From a virus, in the IMG/VR virus record IMGVR_UViG_3300034101_003081, positions 33,386-97,385 of that record: DNA of 64,000 nucleotides; one strand, given 5' to 3'. Under the pieces are notes generated by a model. It saw nothing but the letters and a program-made list of their open reading frames with translations. It was not told the origin of the DNA and did not search any database. The translations under genes and the position numbers were made by a program. Within the stretch, counting starts at the first letter, position 1. Every line of letters starts with the position of its first letter. Of the stretch, positions 29,051 to 38,300 are shown piece by piece.

Positions 29051-29102
29051 AGGCGGCTTGGGCATCCGTGCCCAGTCAAAACCATCCGTGGTTGAGCCGC
29101 CT
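29051..29102 (-). promoter_or_regulatory. Three-way RNA structure with two CACGGAUG hairpins (CsrA-site-like)
   Basis: Outer stem AGGCGGCT/AGCCGCCT encloses UGGGCA-CGGA-UGCCCA and AACCA-CGGA-UGGUU. Confidence 0.5.
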
Positions 29103-29129
29103 GTTTTTGGCTCCCCCCCGAAACTTGTT

Positions 29130-29564
29130 TCAACCGCTCACGAAAGCGTCGACACCGGCAGCGTTCTTCTCGACGGGCATGTCCTCGATCTTCGAGAGAC
29201 GAGCCACCGTCGCGACCGCGGCGGGATTGCCCGGCGTGGTCACGACCGTGAGATACCGCTTCTTGCCGCGGCAGTCGATGTTGAACCGGGCCAGAGCCCC
29301 GGTCACGCCGACGCCGGTCGTCCGACCAGCACCGGCCACTACCGAGAGACCAGAGACGTCAACCTGGCCGCTGCCAGCCGTGTCGCTCTGCTGCACCTTC
29401 AGCACCGTGGCGTACGAGGTCGTCGCGGCGGTGAAGTGGCTGTACACCACGTCGACCGACACGTAGTCGGCACCGTAGGTGTCGATCTCGGCGCTGTGCG
29501 TCGCGCCGGCGGCCACACTCGGCGAAATCCTCGCAACGGTCTTCGTTCCTTCGAGATGATTCAC
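29130..29564 (-). CDS. Putative capsid decoration/cement protein
   Basis: 144 aa beta-rich ORF right after the MCP (IDT.G, K.QQSDT, KRYL). Confidence 0.55.
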   Translation of the reverse strand: MNHLEGTKTVARISPSVAAGATHSAEIDTYGADYVSVDVVYSHFTAATTSYATVLKVQQSDTAGSGQVDVSGLSVVAGAGRTTGVGVTGALARFNIDCRGKKRYLTVVTTPGNPAAVATVARLSKIEDMPVEKNAAGVDAFVSG

Positions 29565-29615
29565 TGTTCAGAGTCTCCAGTCAGGGATGGGGCAGGGTGA
29601 GTGTGTCCGTACTTA

Positions 29616-31106
29616 TCACGACGCAGCGGTCTTGAGGGCCACGATCGGACCAGCCTTCGTGTTGTCGCCGCAGTCAGCGGTGACGCAATCGAAGCGGCTC
29701 GTCGCCACGATCAGGGTCTGATCGAGTTCCGCATAGCGGTCGGTCGAGGTCTTCAGCGTCAGGCCACGACGAGTCGCGTAGTACGAACTCATCGAGAGAT
29801 CGCCGAAGAGGAACTTCACGACACCGGGATCGGCGCCCACCGCGCTCGAAAGCGTGTGGACGAAGACCACCGGATAGCCGAGCAGACGCATCTCGGCGGA
29901 AGCCGCAAGGTTCGCAGCGGTGTTGCCGCCGGCGAGGCCCACGTTGTTGACCAGGCCGAGACGCTGCACACTGGCGGCGAACACGGCAGGATTCACGTAC
30001 CACTTCGCGTTGCCGCGAGCGTACAGCGGAAGCCGGCCAGCCGTGGCGATCAGATCGTCCACGTCGAGGGTCAGGGCCCCGGTGTTGCCCGTCGCAGCCG
30101 TCACGACGCCGCCCGTGTGGGCGCCGTCGTTGATCTTGGTGGCGACGCCAATCATGCCGCCATGATCACCGCTGCCATTGCCAACGAAGCCAACAACGTC
30201 GACCAACTCGGCCAGCGACCTGGCGATCTCGCCTGTGATGTAGTCCGCCAGATTCAGGACGGAGTCCTCAAGAACCTCGCTCGACATGCGGTTCGCGACC
30301 GCGACCTTCTTGCAGACGAGTTGCACACGATCCCAACTGGCGTCGGAATCCTGCACTTGGGTATTTTCCCCAATAAAATAAGCCTTCAGGCCGCCAGTCC
30401 GACGGGGGATCACGAGGGTGTCCGACTTCATCTGGAGGTTGCGGGCGTTCGCGGGGAACGCGCCGTACTCTTCGACGAGGACGATCACCTCATTGAGAAC
30501 CTCCTCGGCCGTAAAGATTCCGCCGGCCGAATTGACGCCCTCGCTCAGGGCACGGCTGTCGATCACGCCGTGGTCAGCACACCAGCGAGCGGCGTTCTGA
30601 TCCTTGAGCAGCGTGGCCTTGTAGAACTGACCGGCGCGGTACGCACGCTCTTCGGCGTTCTGGCCCTTGAAGTTCTTGAGACGACCGGCACCTGGCAGAT
30701 TGTGATAGATCGACACAGACCGGCCCTCCTTGGCCCTGGGGTAAGCGACCGCCGATTCAGTGGCGGGCGTAGACTTGTCGAGGACCGCCCGGAGTTCCAA
30801 CTCCTTGGCAGCAACGCCCTCGTAGAACTTGATCTTCTCGCGGAGTTTCTCAGCCCGCTCGCAGAGGCAGCGGAGTTTCTTCTCCTTCTCCTCGTCCTCC
30901 GGCATCGCGCCTTCGGCGTCCTCGACGCCCTCGGGCTTGAAGCCGTTCTCCTCGACGTCGTCCTCGTCCTCGTCCTCTTCGCCCTCAACGGGCGGGACAG
31001 TCTCGGAACGCTCGTCGGACGGCGCCTCGTCCTGAAGGGCGCCCATCTCAGCCAGCACGGCAGCGAGTTCGTCGAGGAGAGACTTGATCTTGGCGGACGA
31101 TTCCAT
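29616..31106 (-). CDS. Major capsid protein, HK97 fold, with N-terminal delta domain
   Basis: Coiled-coil/acidic N-terminus, DSRALSEG..SAGG, A.FIGE, S.EVLEDS, G.G.G, LLGYPV, LFGDLS. Confidence 0.95.
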   Translation of the reverse strand: MESSAKIKSLLDELAAVLAEMGALQDEAPSDERSETVPPVEGEEDEDEDDVEENGFKPEGVEDAEGAMPEDEEKEKKLRCLCERAEKLREKIKFYEGVAAKELELRAVLDKSTPATESAVAYPRAKEGRSVSIYHNLPGAGRLKNFKGQNAEERAYRAGQFYKATLLKDQNAARWCADHGVIDSRALSEGVNSAGGIFTAEEVLNEVIVLVEEYGAFPANARNLQMKSDTLVIPRRTGGLKAYFIGENTQVQDSDASWDRVQLVCKKVAVANRMSSEVLEDSVLNLADYITGEIARSLAELVDVVGFVGNGSGDHGGMIGVATKINDGAHTGGVVTAATGNTGALTLDVDDLIATAGRLPLYARGNAKWYVNPAVFAASVQRLGLVNNVGLAGGNTAANLAASAEMRLLGYPVVFVHTLSSAVGADPGVVKFLFGDLSMSSYYATRRGLTLKTSTDRYAELDQTLIVATSRFDCVTADCGDNTKAGPIVALKTAAS

Positions 31107-31211
31107 TCGTTCTGTTCCTTGGTCTCGTGGTGAGTTGTTCCTGCCGCGTGTAAACGACAGGATTCAACCTACGAGACAAAGAACAGAGACCCGAAGAGGC
31201 TCAGAGTTGTG

Positions 31212-31385
31212 TCACACAACTTTTTCGCGTCGCCACGATCGACTGGCAGAGACGACCGATCGAGCCTGGGCTCCGCAAGCACTGCACCGCAGATAGCGAA
31301 CTTGGTATTCGCCGCAGGGTTTGCTCGTGCGAGTGGTCATGCGACCGCGACCGCACATCCGGCATTTATCACCGCTTTGCGTCAT
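31212..31385 (-). CDS. Ogr/Delta-like zinc-ribbon protein (57 aa, not in the ORF track)
   Basis: Manual translation: MTQSGDKCRMCGRGRMTTRTSKPCGEYQVRYLRCSACGAQARSVVSASRSWRREKVV. Confidence 0.6.
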   Translation of the reverse strand: MTQSGDKCRMCGRGRMTTRTSKPCGEYQVRYLRCSACGAQARSVVSASRSWRREKVV

Positions 31386-31387
31386 CA

Positions 31388-33304
31388 CTACTTCTTCTTG
31401 ATGGAGTCAACGACGCCCTCCATTGCCGCGACTGCAACCGATGCAGAAGTCGGCAGAACGACCGTGGCTATGAGATTCCCGGCCGCGTTGGCCGTGACCT
31501 TAAAGCCCTTTCGGACAAGTTTCGCCATATACGACGGCGACCGAGACTTCACGACGACGTTGACTTCTTTCGGGGCGTTCTCTTCAGCGATCTTTTTCAC
31601 CTGGGCGATCTCGTCGCCCGTGAGCGTGCCAGACTTTCTGGACGGCGTGATCGTGTACCGAGACTTCCCCATGTCGACGTCGAAGACTTTCTCGCCCTTG
31701 CTGTCCTTGACGCGAAGCGTCAATTTTCCCTCTTTGACGGTCGCGACAGATTGCGGCGATCCACCGAGACGCTCGACAAGGCTCGCCACTTGCTTCTCGC
31801 TCGTGCCGATCTCGTCGATCTTCTTCATCACCCGCGTGGGTTGCATGCTGTTGTCGTAGAGCCCCTTCACGGCCCCGACGGCAGCCCCGACAGCAGCACC
31901 CTTGATGACATAGGGCGGGAACGGGCCCGTGACTCCAGCGGCAATCACGGCGCCTTTGACTGCCCCTGACGCTGCCCCTGCTGCGGCGTCGGCAATCTTG
32001 CCTCCGGCGCAGGTGTTTCCCTTCTGGAAGCCGCCTTCGCCCGTGCCGCAATTGCGGGACTGCGAGAAGGCCAGAAGACTAGCGTATCGACACTCAAGCG
32101 AGTCTTGCCTGAATCCTCGCCATTCTGCGAGATCGCGGCTTGTCGTGAGGGCGAACTCGCAAAACTCCTCGTACGATCTCTGCCCTCGATCCTTGGCCTT
32201 CTTCACCCGCTCCAGCATCTTCTTGTATCGCTGGTATCCGGCGCTGTTCTTGTCGGAGAAGTCGAGCGTGAGGTTGATGCTGCTGCCTTTTCTTGACCAG
32301 TACTTCTCTCCAGCCTTAGTGCTGAGAAGGTCTTGGAGCGTCAGCACTTCGCCGTTGCGTGCCCTGGCCTCGTTCTGCGGAGACAGAACGGGCTCCGGAA
32401 GGTTCTTGCTGTCTTCGAGGATTTGCGAAACGCGAGCGGGCGAAAGCGGAGCGTCAAACCCAAATCGGCCCCACAGCCTGTACCCCTTGTACGTAGAGTC
32501 TGATTCGCTGCCGGCTGCGAACGTCGCGGCTTTGGACGCTCCGGCTTGCTCTGCCTCGGCGAGCGACGCAATCATCTTGTCGATGATTGCCGCGCCGATG
32601 TTTCGCTCGATTGCCGACTCTCCGTGAGGCGAAGCGGCCTTCTCTCTTCCGATTGCTGCCTTGATGTCGTAGTCAACAGAAAAGAGGCCGTAATAGGCAA
32701 CCGGCGGATCATCGCCGTTCTTTCGCAACTGAACTTCCAGCGTGACATTGCCGACTGGCCTCTGCCCAGGCTCAGGGTTGCCTCCCATGTACACTGGGAC
32801 AGTGGACTCGATCTTGACTCCCTTTCGGTCGGAAAAGCCATCTGGAGTCCTCACTTTCAAGACTTCAGAAGTGAGATCAACTTCTGCATTCTTGCCGTCG
32901 CCTGCGCCGAAGCGGACGAGCGACGCGACGCTCTTGAATCCAGACTCCTTTGCAATCTCCGTGACCTGCTTGGCGTTGTCTGCGCTGATTTGCTGGATGT
33001 CCGGAACTCCCGGCAGGCCGCCGCGATGCGACAGCGGACGATCCTTGTTCCACGCCGCAGGAAAACCGTTGGACGTGTTTGCTCGCGGGCCGCCGGTAAC
33101 TGGGTTGGGGCGTGGCCGCGGAGGCCTCGCCTGTCCGCCTGGTGAGTCCTGGCCGCCGCCGCCTCCGTCGCCGGAAGCGCAAGTATTGCCTGGCGCGAAC
33201 TGCCCTGACTGGCGACCGCAGTCTTCGCCCATCGGCAGCATCAACTGCCGATCTCGCTCTTCGACGAAAGCGATGAGGTCTGCGTACCTCGCCTGCAAAC
33301 TCAT
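31388..33304 (-). CDS. Two-module head-associated protein (GNAT-like domain; Gly-zipper plus a domain shared with the portal)
   Basis: Two SL..RY..L.AF / C-x12-C tags and GYRLWGRFGFD. C-terminal domain is similar to part of the portal extension. Confidence 0.7.
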   Translation of the reverse strand: MSLQARYADLIAFVEERDRQLMLPMGEDCGRQSGQFAPGNTCASGDGGGGGQDSPGGQARPPRPRPNPVTGGPRANTSNGFPAAWNKDRPLSHRGGLPGVPDIQQISADNAKQVTEIAKESGFKSVASLVRFGAGDGKNAEVDLTSEVLKVRTPDGFSDRKGVKIESTVPVYMGGNPEPGQRPVGNVTLEVQLRKNGDDPPVAYYGLFSVDYDIKAAIGREKAASPHGESAIERNIGAAIIDKMIASLAEAEQAGASKAATFAAGSESDSTYKGYRLWGRFGFDAPLSPARVSQILEDSKNLPEPVLSPQNEARARNGEVLTLQDLLSTKAGEKYWSRKGSSINLTLDFSDKNSAGYQRYKKMLERVKKAKDRGQRSYEEFCEFALTTSRDLAEWRGFRQDSLECRYASLLAFSQSRNCGTGEGGFQKGNTCAGGKIADAAAGAASGAVKGAVIAAGVTGPFPPYVIKGAAVGAAVGAVKGLYDNSMQPTRVMKKIDEIGTSEKQVASLVERLGGSPQSVATVKEGKLTLRVKDSKGEKVFDVDMGKSRYTITPSRKSGTLTGDEIAQVKKIAEENAPKEVNVVVKSRSPSYMAKLVRKGFKVTANAAGNLIATVVLPTSASVAVAAMEGVVDSIKKK

Positions 33305-35238
33305 CTCGACCGTTCCTTCAGGAAGGCCAGCGTTTCGCTGATGACTTCGCGAGAACGCTTCAACTCTTCGATGCTTCGCTTGGATGGCTTCTTTCCAAGC
33401 ACCTTCTCTGAAACAGACTTCTGGGCGGCAGAGATTTTCTTATTGATGGCAGTCTTGGCCTTGTAGGCAACCTTGCCGATCGCGCCCTTGGCTGCTCCAA
33501 CGACGCTCCCAGTGACGGCCCCTGCGGCAGCGCCGACGACGCCGCCTGCGACGACGCCAAGCCCGGCACCTATGGCAGCGCCCGCTGCTGCATTTCCGGA
33601 GACAGTCGGCTCGTTCGGGTCGACAGGAGTCTCTTCGGCGTCCTCTTTCTTTTTGGCCTTTTCCTTGCCGGCTCTCTTTGGAGACTTGCCGGCACTGCCT
33701 CCAGCGCCGCACGAGTTGTCGACGCCGCCTCCGGAGCCCGTGGCGCAGAACGCTCTCTCTTCAAGGAACTGCTTCGTCTTCGCCAACTCTTCAGCGGCCT
33801 TGGCCTTGGTCTTGTTACGGGCGTCAGCGTGTCCAGACTTCTGGGCCACGAACTGCTGGTAACTCCGCTTCGCAACGGCAACGGTGGCATCGCCATACGC
33901 CGGGTAGGTTACTGGACCGGCGTCCAGTAGAGACTTGATCTTCGTGACAAGCCTCGTAGACCGTCCGCCTTCGTAACTCCACTTCTCGCCGCCTTCTGCG
34001 ACCACGAAACTGAAACTTGAGCCACGCAAGTCTCCTCTCGAAATCGACTCGGCGATGTCCTGGCGAGACTCCGGAAGCAGGCACTCGTACCGCAAGCCCT
34101 TCTCGTCGACGGTCATCTTCATCGTCGTCGGGAATCGGCCCAGGAGGTGGTTGGGGTCGTGATTGAACAGGCAGCGGGTCTCTAGTGGCCTCCCCTCACT
34201 GTCCTCGCGGCTTTCGACAAGCGAGAACGCACCGGGGTCAATTCTCTCGACAAAATCCCCCAGAAGCAACGAATCTTTCCCAAATCGGGCCGCGTACCCG
34301 ACGATGTAGGTCTGCGGCTTGCCCGTGGTCTGATCAGCACGCTTTTCGACCCGGAGAAGTTCTGGGTCAGCCTTCTCGACGTTGCTGAAGTTGCCAAGAA
34401 ACCGACGCTCGACGTTGGGCAGCACTGGGGCACTCCTTTGCTCGGTGGCGAAATAACGCTCGACAGCCTCTCGCAATTCCTTCGCGACGGGCTGGCGTTC
34501 CGGGTCTTCCTCGATTCGCTTCAGGCACTCCTCTCTTGGAGTGTCGATGTGGATGTACTCGACCGGAATATCTGACAGTTGTCCCTTCATCTCGTCGCCG
34601 ATATTCGTGGCGATGATCCACGTCCTGTCGACCGACGGCTGACGAAGGGCCTTTTTGATGATAAGGGCTCTGATGTCCGTACAGTAAGAGATCAGGTTCT
34701 TGTTTTTCTGGTGCGGAGGGAGTCCAGACAGGGCGCTCATTACTTTGTCAAAGTCAAAGACAACGTCATTGTCGCCCTTGTTTTGCATCACGTAGGAAGT
34801 CTTGCCGCTGGCGGGGGCGCCGTGAACGACGAAGACCTTCGGCTTGATGCCTTGTGTTGAGCCAAAGGGCCGCAGCGACCGGCCCTCCGCTTCGTCAGCC
34901 GCGTTCATCTGCTCGACGACCTTGCGGGCATACGCCCACCCGGCGTCGGAGCCCCAAAGAGCCCAGGCGATTCTCCCGTTGGACGGGAAGCCGTCGTCGC
35001 CTGGCTCCCAACCCCGGCCTTTCTTGTCGATCTCGTGCCGATCGAAGTACGCCTTCATGCGACGCACTGTGGCCGGCGAGAGTTTCTTGCCGTTCGACAA
35101 GTCTCGGGCTCTCGCGATACCGACGGCGGTGCCGCCTCGGCCGTGTTCGCGACGCCAGGCGAGGCCCTTCTCGGCCTCCTCGCGGACGCCGTCGGGCGGG
35201 GTGAAGTCGATGTGGGAGTATTTTTCAGGGATTGCCAT
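33301..35238 (-). CDS. Multidomain HK97-type prohead protease
   Basis: Protease core IVGYAARF, FVERIDPGAF, LFNHD, GRF, DEKGL, G.SFSF, VTYPAY. Extra N-terminal domain (RRMKAYFDRH..IAWALWG), P-loop GAPASGKT and C-terminal Gly-zipper. Confidence 0.9.
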   Translation of the reverse strand: MAIPEKYSHIDFTPPDGVREEAEKGLAWRREHGRGGTAVGIARARDLSNGKKLSPATVRRMKAYFDRHEIDKKGRGWEPGDDGFPSNGRIAWALWGSDAGWAYARKVVEQMNAADEAEGRSLRPFGSTQGIKPKVFVVHGAPASGKTSYVMQNKGDNDVVFDFDKVMSALSGLPPHQKNKNLISYCTDIRALIIKKALRQPSVDRTWIIATNIGDEMKGQLSDIPVEYIHIDTPREECLKRIEEDPERQPVAKELREAVERYFATEQRSAPVLPNVERRFLGNFSNVEKADPELLRVEKRADQTTGKPQTYIVGYAARFGKDSLLLGDFVERIDPGAFSLVESREDSEGRPLETRCLFNHDPNHLLGRFPTTMKMTVDEKGLRYECLLPESRQDIAESISRGDLRGSSFSFVVAEGGEKWSYEGGRSTRLVTKIKSLLDAGPVTYPAYGDATVAVAKRSYQQFVAQKSGHADARNKTKAKAAEELAKTKQFLEERAFCATGSGGGVDNSCGAGGSAGKSPKRAGKEKAKKKEDAEETPVDPNEPTVSGNAAAGAAIGAGLGVVAGGVVGAAAGAVTGSVVGAAKGAIGKVAYKAKTAINKKISAAQKSVSEKVLGKKPSKRSIEELKRSREVISETLAFLKERSR

Positions 35239-35389
35239 GTTCGTCCTCCTCTATAGGCTCCTGCTCTTTGGCTGGCTTCTTGCCCTGCATGAGCGAATAG
35301 AGCGACTTGCCGCCAAGCAGTTGCGTGGCCTGCTCGACGCGAGACAGGAACTCCTGCTGCGACTCTCCATCCTTCGGAACGATGAACAT
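35225..35389 (-). CDS. Small hypothetical protein (54 aa, not in the ORF track)
   Basis: Manual translation MFIVPKDGESQQEFLSRV...; it fills the gap between the giant gene stop and the protease start. Confidence 0.55.
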   Translation of the reverse strand: MFIVPKDGESQQEFLSRVEQATQLLGGKSLYSLMQGKKPAKEQEPIEEDEHGNP

Positions 35390-38300
35390 TTACTTCCTCT
35401 TCTTTTTCTCGCGACGACGGTCGGCGATCCCGCTCTCGCCGTACTTTGACTGGGCGGCATCGCTTTTTCTTGGCGGCTTCATGTCGACAGCCTTGAACAC
35501 TTCATCGAACTGCTCGTCATTGCGGACATAGCCGAGCGTGACGCCAGTCCAGTACTCAGCCAAGAACTCAAGCGGGTCTGTCATTCCGTACATCGAGACG
35601 TCCATGGCGCGATCAAGCATGTCCTTGCTCGCCCCAGCCGGCGGCTTTGGCTGAGAATGGTCCGCCCGAAAGTATTGATTGTTGTGTATTGCGGAGATGG
35701 CGTCCATGACTTGATTTCTGAACCGGCCAACGAAATCCGACGTTACCTTGTCCTTGCCGCCTGCCCACGATGCAATCACGTCGTGCTGTAACTTGTGTGC
35801 GTATTCGTGCAGGACATAGTGCGACGGGTCGTCGGTCGAAAACCAGCCCCTGTCGTACGCTCGCGAGAGAGACTTCTCGTCGTCGGCACGATCTTGGATG
35901 ACAGTGATCTCTCCGTTCTTCAGATTACACGCCGCTTTGGCTCCGACCATCGAGGCGGCAAGCCTGATCTTCTCGATGATGCTAGTGATGCCTGCCTCTG
36001 CGGCGAATGTGTCTACCGTCGCGTTGAACTTCGAGAAGTTGAACGACGAGTCCTTGAGGCCAGGAGCGTGCTTGGCGGCGAGAGCCAATTTCGCCAAGTG
36101 ATTGGCCGCTGACTTTGCCGGGTCTCCTGTTAAGAAAGAAAAAAAGCCGGGCTTCTTGCTGGCGTCACGGTCGAACGAACCGTCGATATCGAACGACGTG
36201 AACCCAAGTTGCTTTGCCACCTCGGACGGCGGCATGGACTCCATCAGAAACGCGATGTCCTCTGCCGCGTGCTTGGCGTTTCCTCTGTCGACGTGTTCTC
36301 TGACTCGCTTTATGGCAAGCGGATTTGCGGCATCGCTATACGCGCCTTTGGATGGCCTTGGGCTTTCTTGGCCGCTGCCTTTGTCCTGGCAGTCGTTCTT
36401 CGGCCCGAAACGTCCGTCGTCGTCCCTCCCGCAGTCGGCAGAGCGAGACTCGACCCACTCATAGTCATCCAGTTCCCCGTCATCCCAAATCTCGTTCCAC
36501 ATTTCATCAAGCCGCAGCATGTCCTCGGGGGACAGCCATTCGTCGCCAGACCCGAGCGGCATTTCGCGACGATCGGTGCCGAACTTCTTGATGAAGCGAT
36601 CCATGATTTTGGACTGCGGGCTCGACCTGTCTTTCAAGTCGAACGTAACGTCCAAGTCTTCGCCGTTGTCTCTCCACCAGCGGGTGCCCTCGGGGGTGGC
36701 ATGGAGATCGAGCAGAGACTTGGCGTGCGACAAGTCTGGCGGCAGTTTCGACTTGATGCTCGCCGGGAGTGGTGCATCAAACCCCATGCGGGGCCAGATC
36801 GTGTAGCCACGCCATGGAGTGGCCGTGACGCCGCCTTTGGTAGCAGACGAGTTCCCGGCCGCGTTGAGGACGATGCGAGACACGCCTGACTTACGGGCCG
36901 CTTCAACGGACGAGACCATGGCTCGGTAGAACTCGCGAGCAGCGGCGTGCCGCTTTGCGTCGTCGCCTTTGATGGCGTCCGCGACGTTGACCGTGCTGTG
37001 GTAAACAACCGTCTCGCCAGCAGCCGTGACGCCGATCACCGACGAGCCGTGCAGGCCGCCGCCTACGCCGGCGAAGTCCCGCTCGAAGGCGAACATCACA
37101 GGCGTGACTTTTGAGTCTGGAAACTCCATAGAGAAGTCTGGGGCAGGGCGGACGAACACGTCCGAATCTTCGCTGCCGCCGGCGACCATTGGGGCCAACT
37201 TCGGGTCGATGCCAGCCGCATCGAGCGACGACTTCACTGTCTTCGGAGCCGAGATGTTGATCGAGCCGTACCGGCCGTCGCCAAGCGGTGGCGAGGACGA
37301 ATCTCGCGATGTCTCAGGCCACGTCAGCGACTCGCTCGAAGACCAGCGATCGCCTCCAGGCGAGGCTGTCGCTTGGCCGGGGGAGTCGTCTGCGCTGCAC
37401 GAGTTGTCGACGCCGCCGCCTTCTCCCGTAGGGCAGAAGGCGCGGGCGTTTCGGCGATTCTTTTCGAGAACGTACCGGCCGTAGCGATTCAGGCGAGCGC
37501 CGAGCGACTCGTACGCCTTCTTTGCGGCGGGCGCTACATTATGCTCCTCGTCTGAGATTACATCGAACTGCTCAGACATGGAGTCTAGCAGCGACTTGTA
37601 GGCTCCCTGTCCCCTGAAAGGCTTAGACACTTCCGAGTAATGAACGTACAGTGCTTTTTTGTCAGAAGACAAATCCACATGCACGAACGCCTTCACTTTG
37701 CTTTTGTCGTCGAGGAGGCTGACGACGTGGCTCGCCGCTTCATCGCGACCGGGGGGCTTGTTGCCCTTTGTGTTTTGTTCCAGAAACCATTTGCCGTGCT
37801 TTGTGGAGCCAGTCGCGTCAACCTTTCCCATCCATGATGGCTGTCGAACTGCGTCCCCGCTGCTGCCTCCATCCTTCGACGAGCAGTCATTCTTGACGCC
37901 GCCGCCATCTCCGGTTGGGCAGAAGGCGCGAGACTCTTCAGGGGACTGCATCAGCCACGGCCGCACCTTGATGTGCTGGTAGCCGAGCGGCTCGTCGCCG
38001 TCGCCCTTGCCCTCGGCACGGCTCGACTTCTTTTTCCGCTTCGCCAACTCTGCCTTGATGATCTCTGGGCCGATCTTCGAGGCGTAGGCATTCTGGGCTG
38101 CGTAGTTGCCGGTCTTCTCGTAGACGGCGTTCTGGCCGAACGTCTCGGCGAAAAGAGCAGGCCACGCGCTTTCAGGGAGCGTCGAGGCATGGGTCAGCAT
38201 GCCGTTGTATTCGCCGTTGGTCGAGAACGAGTAGCCGCCGCGAACGTGCGCGACCATGTCATGCACGACCCGGAATAGGTCGTTGGCGATCATGGGCTCG

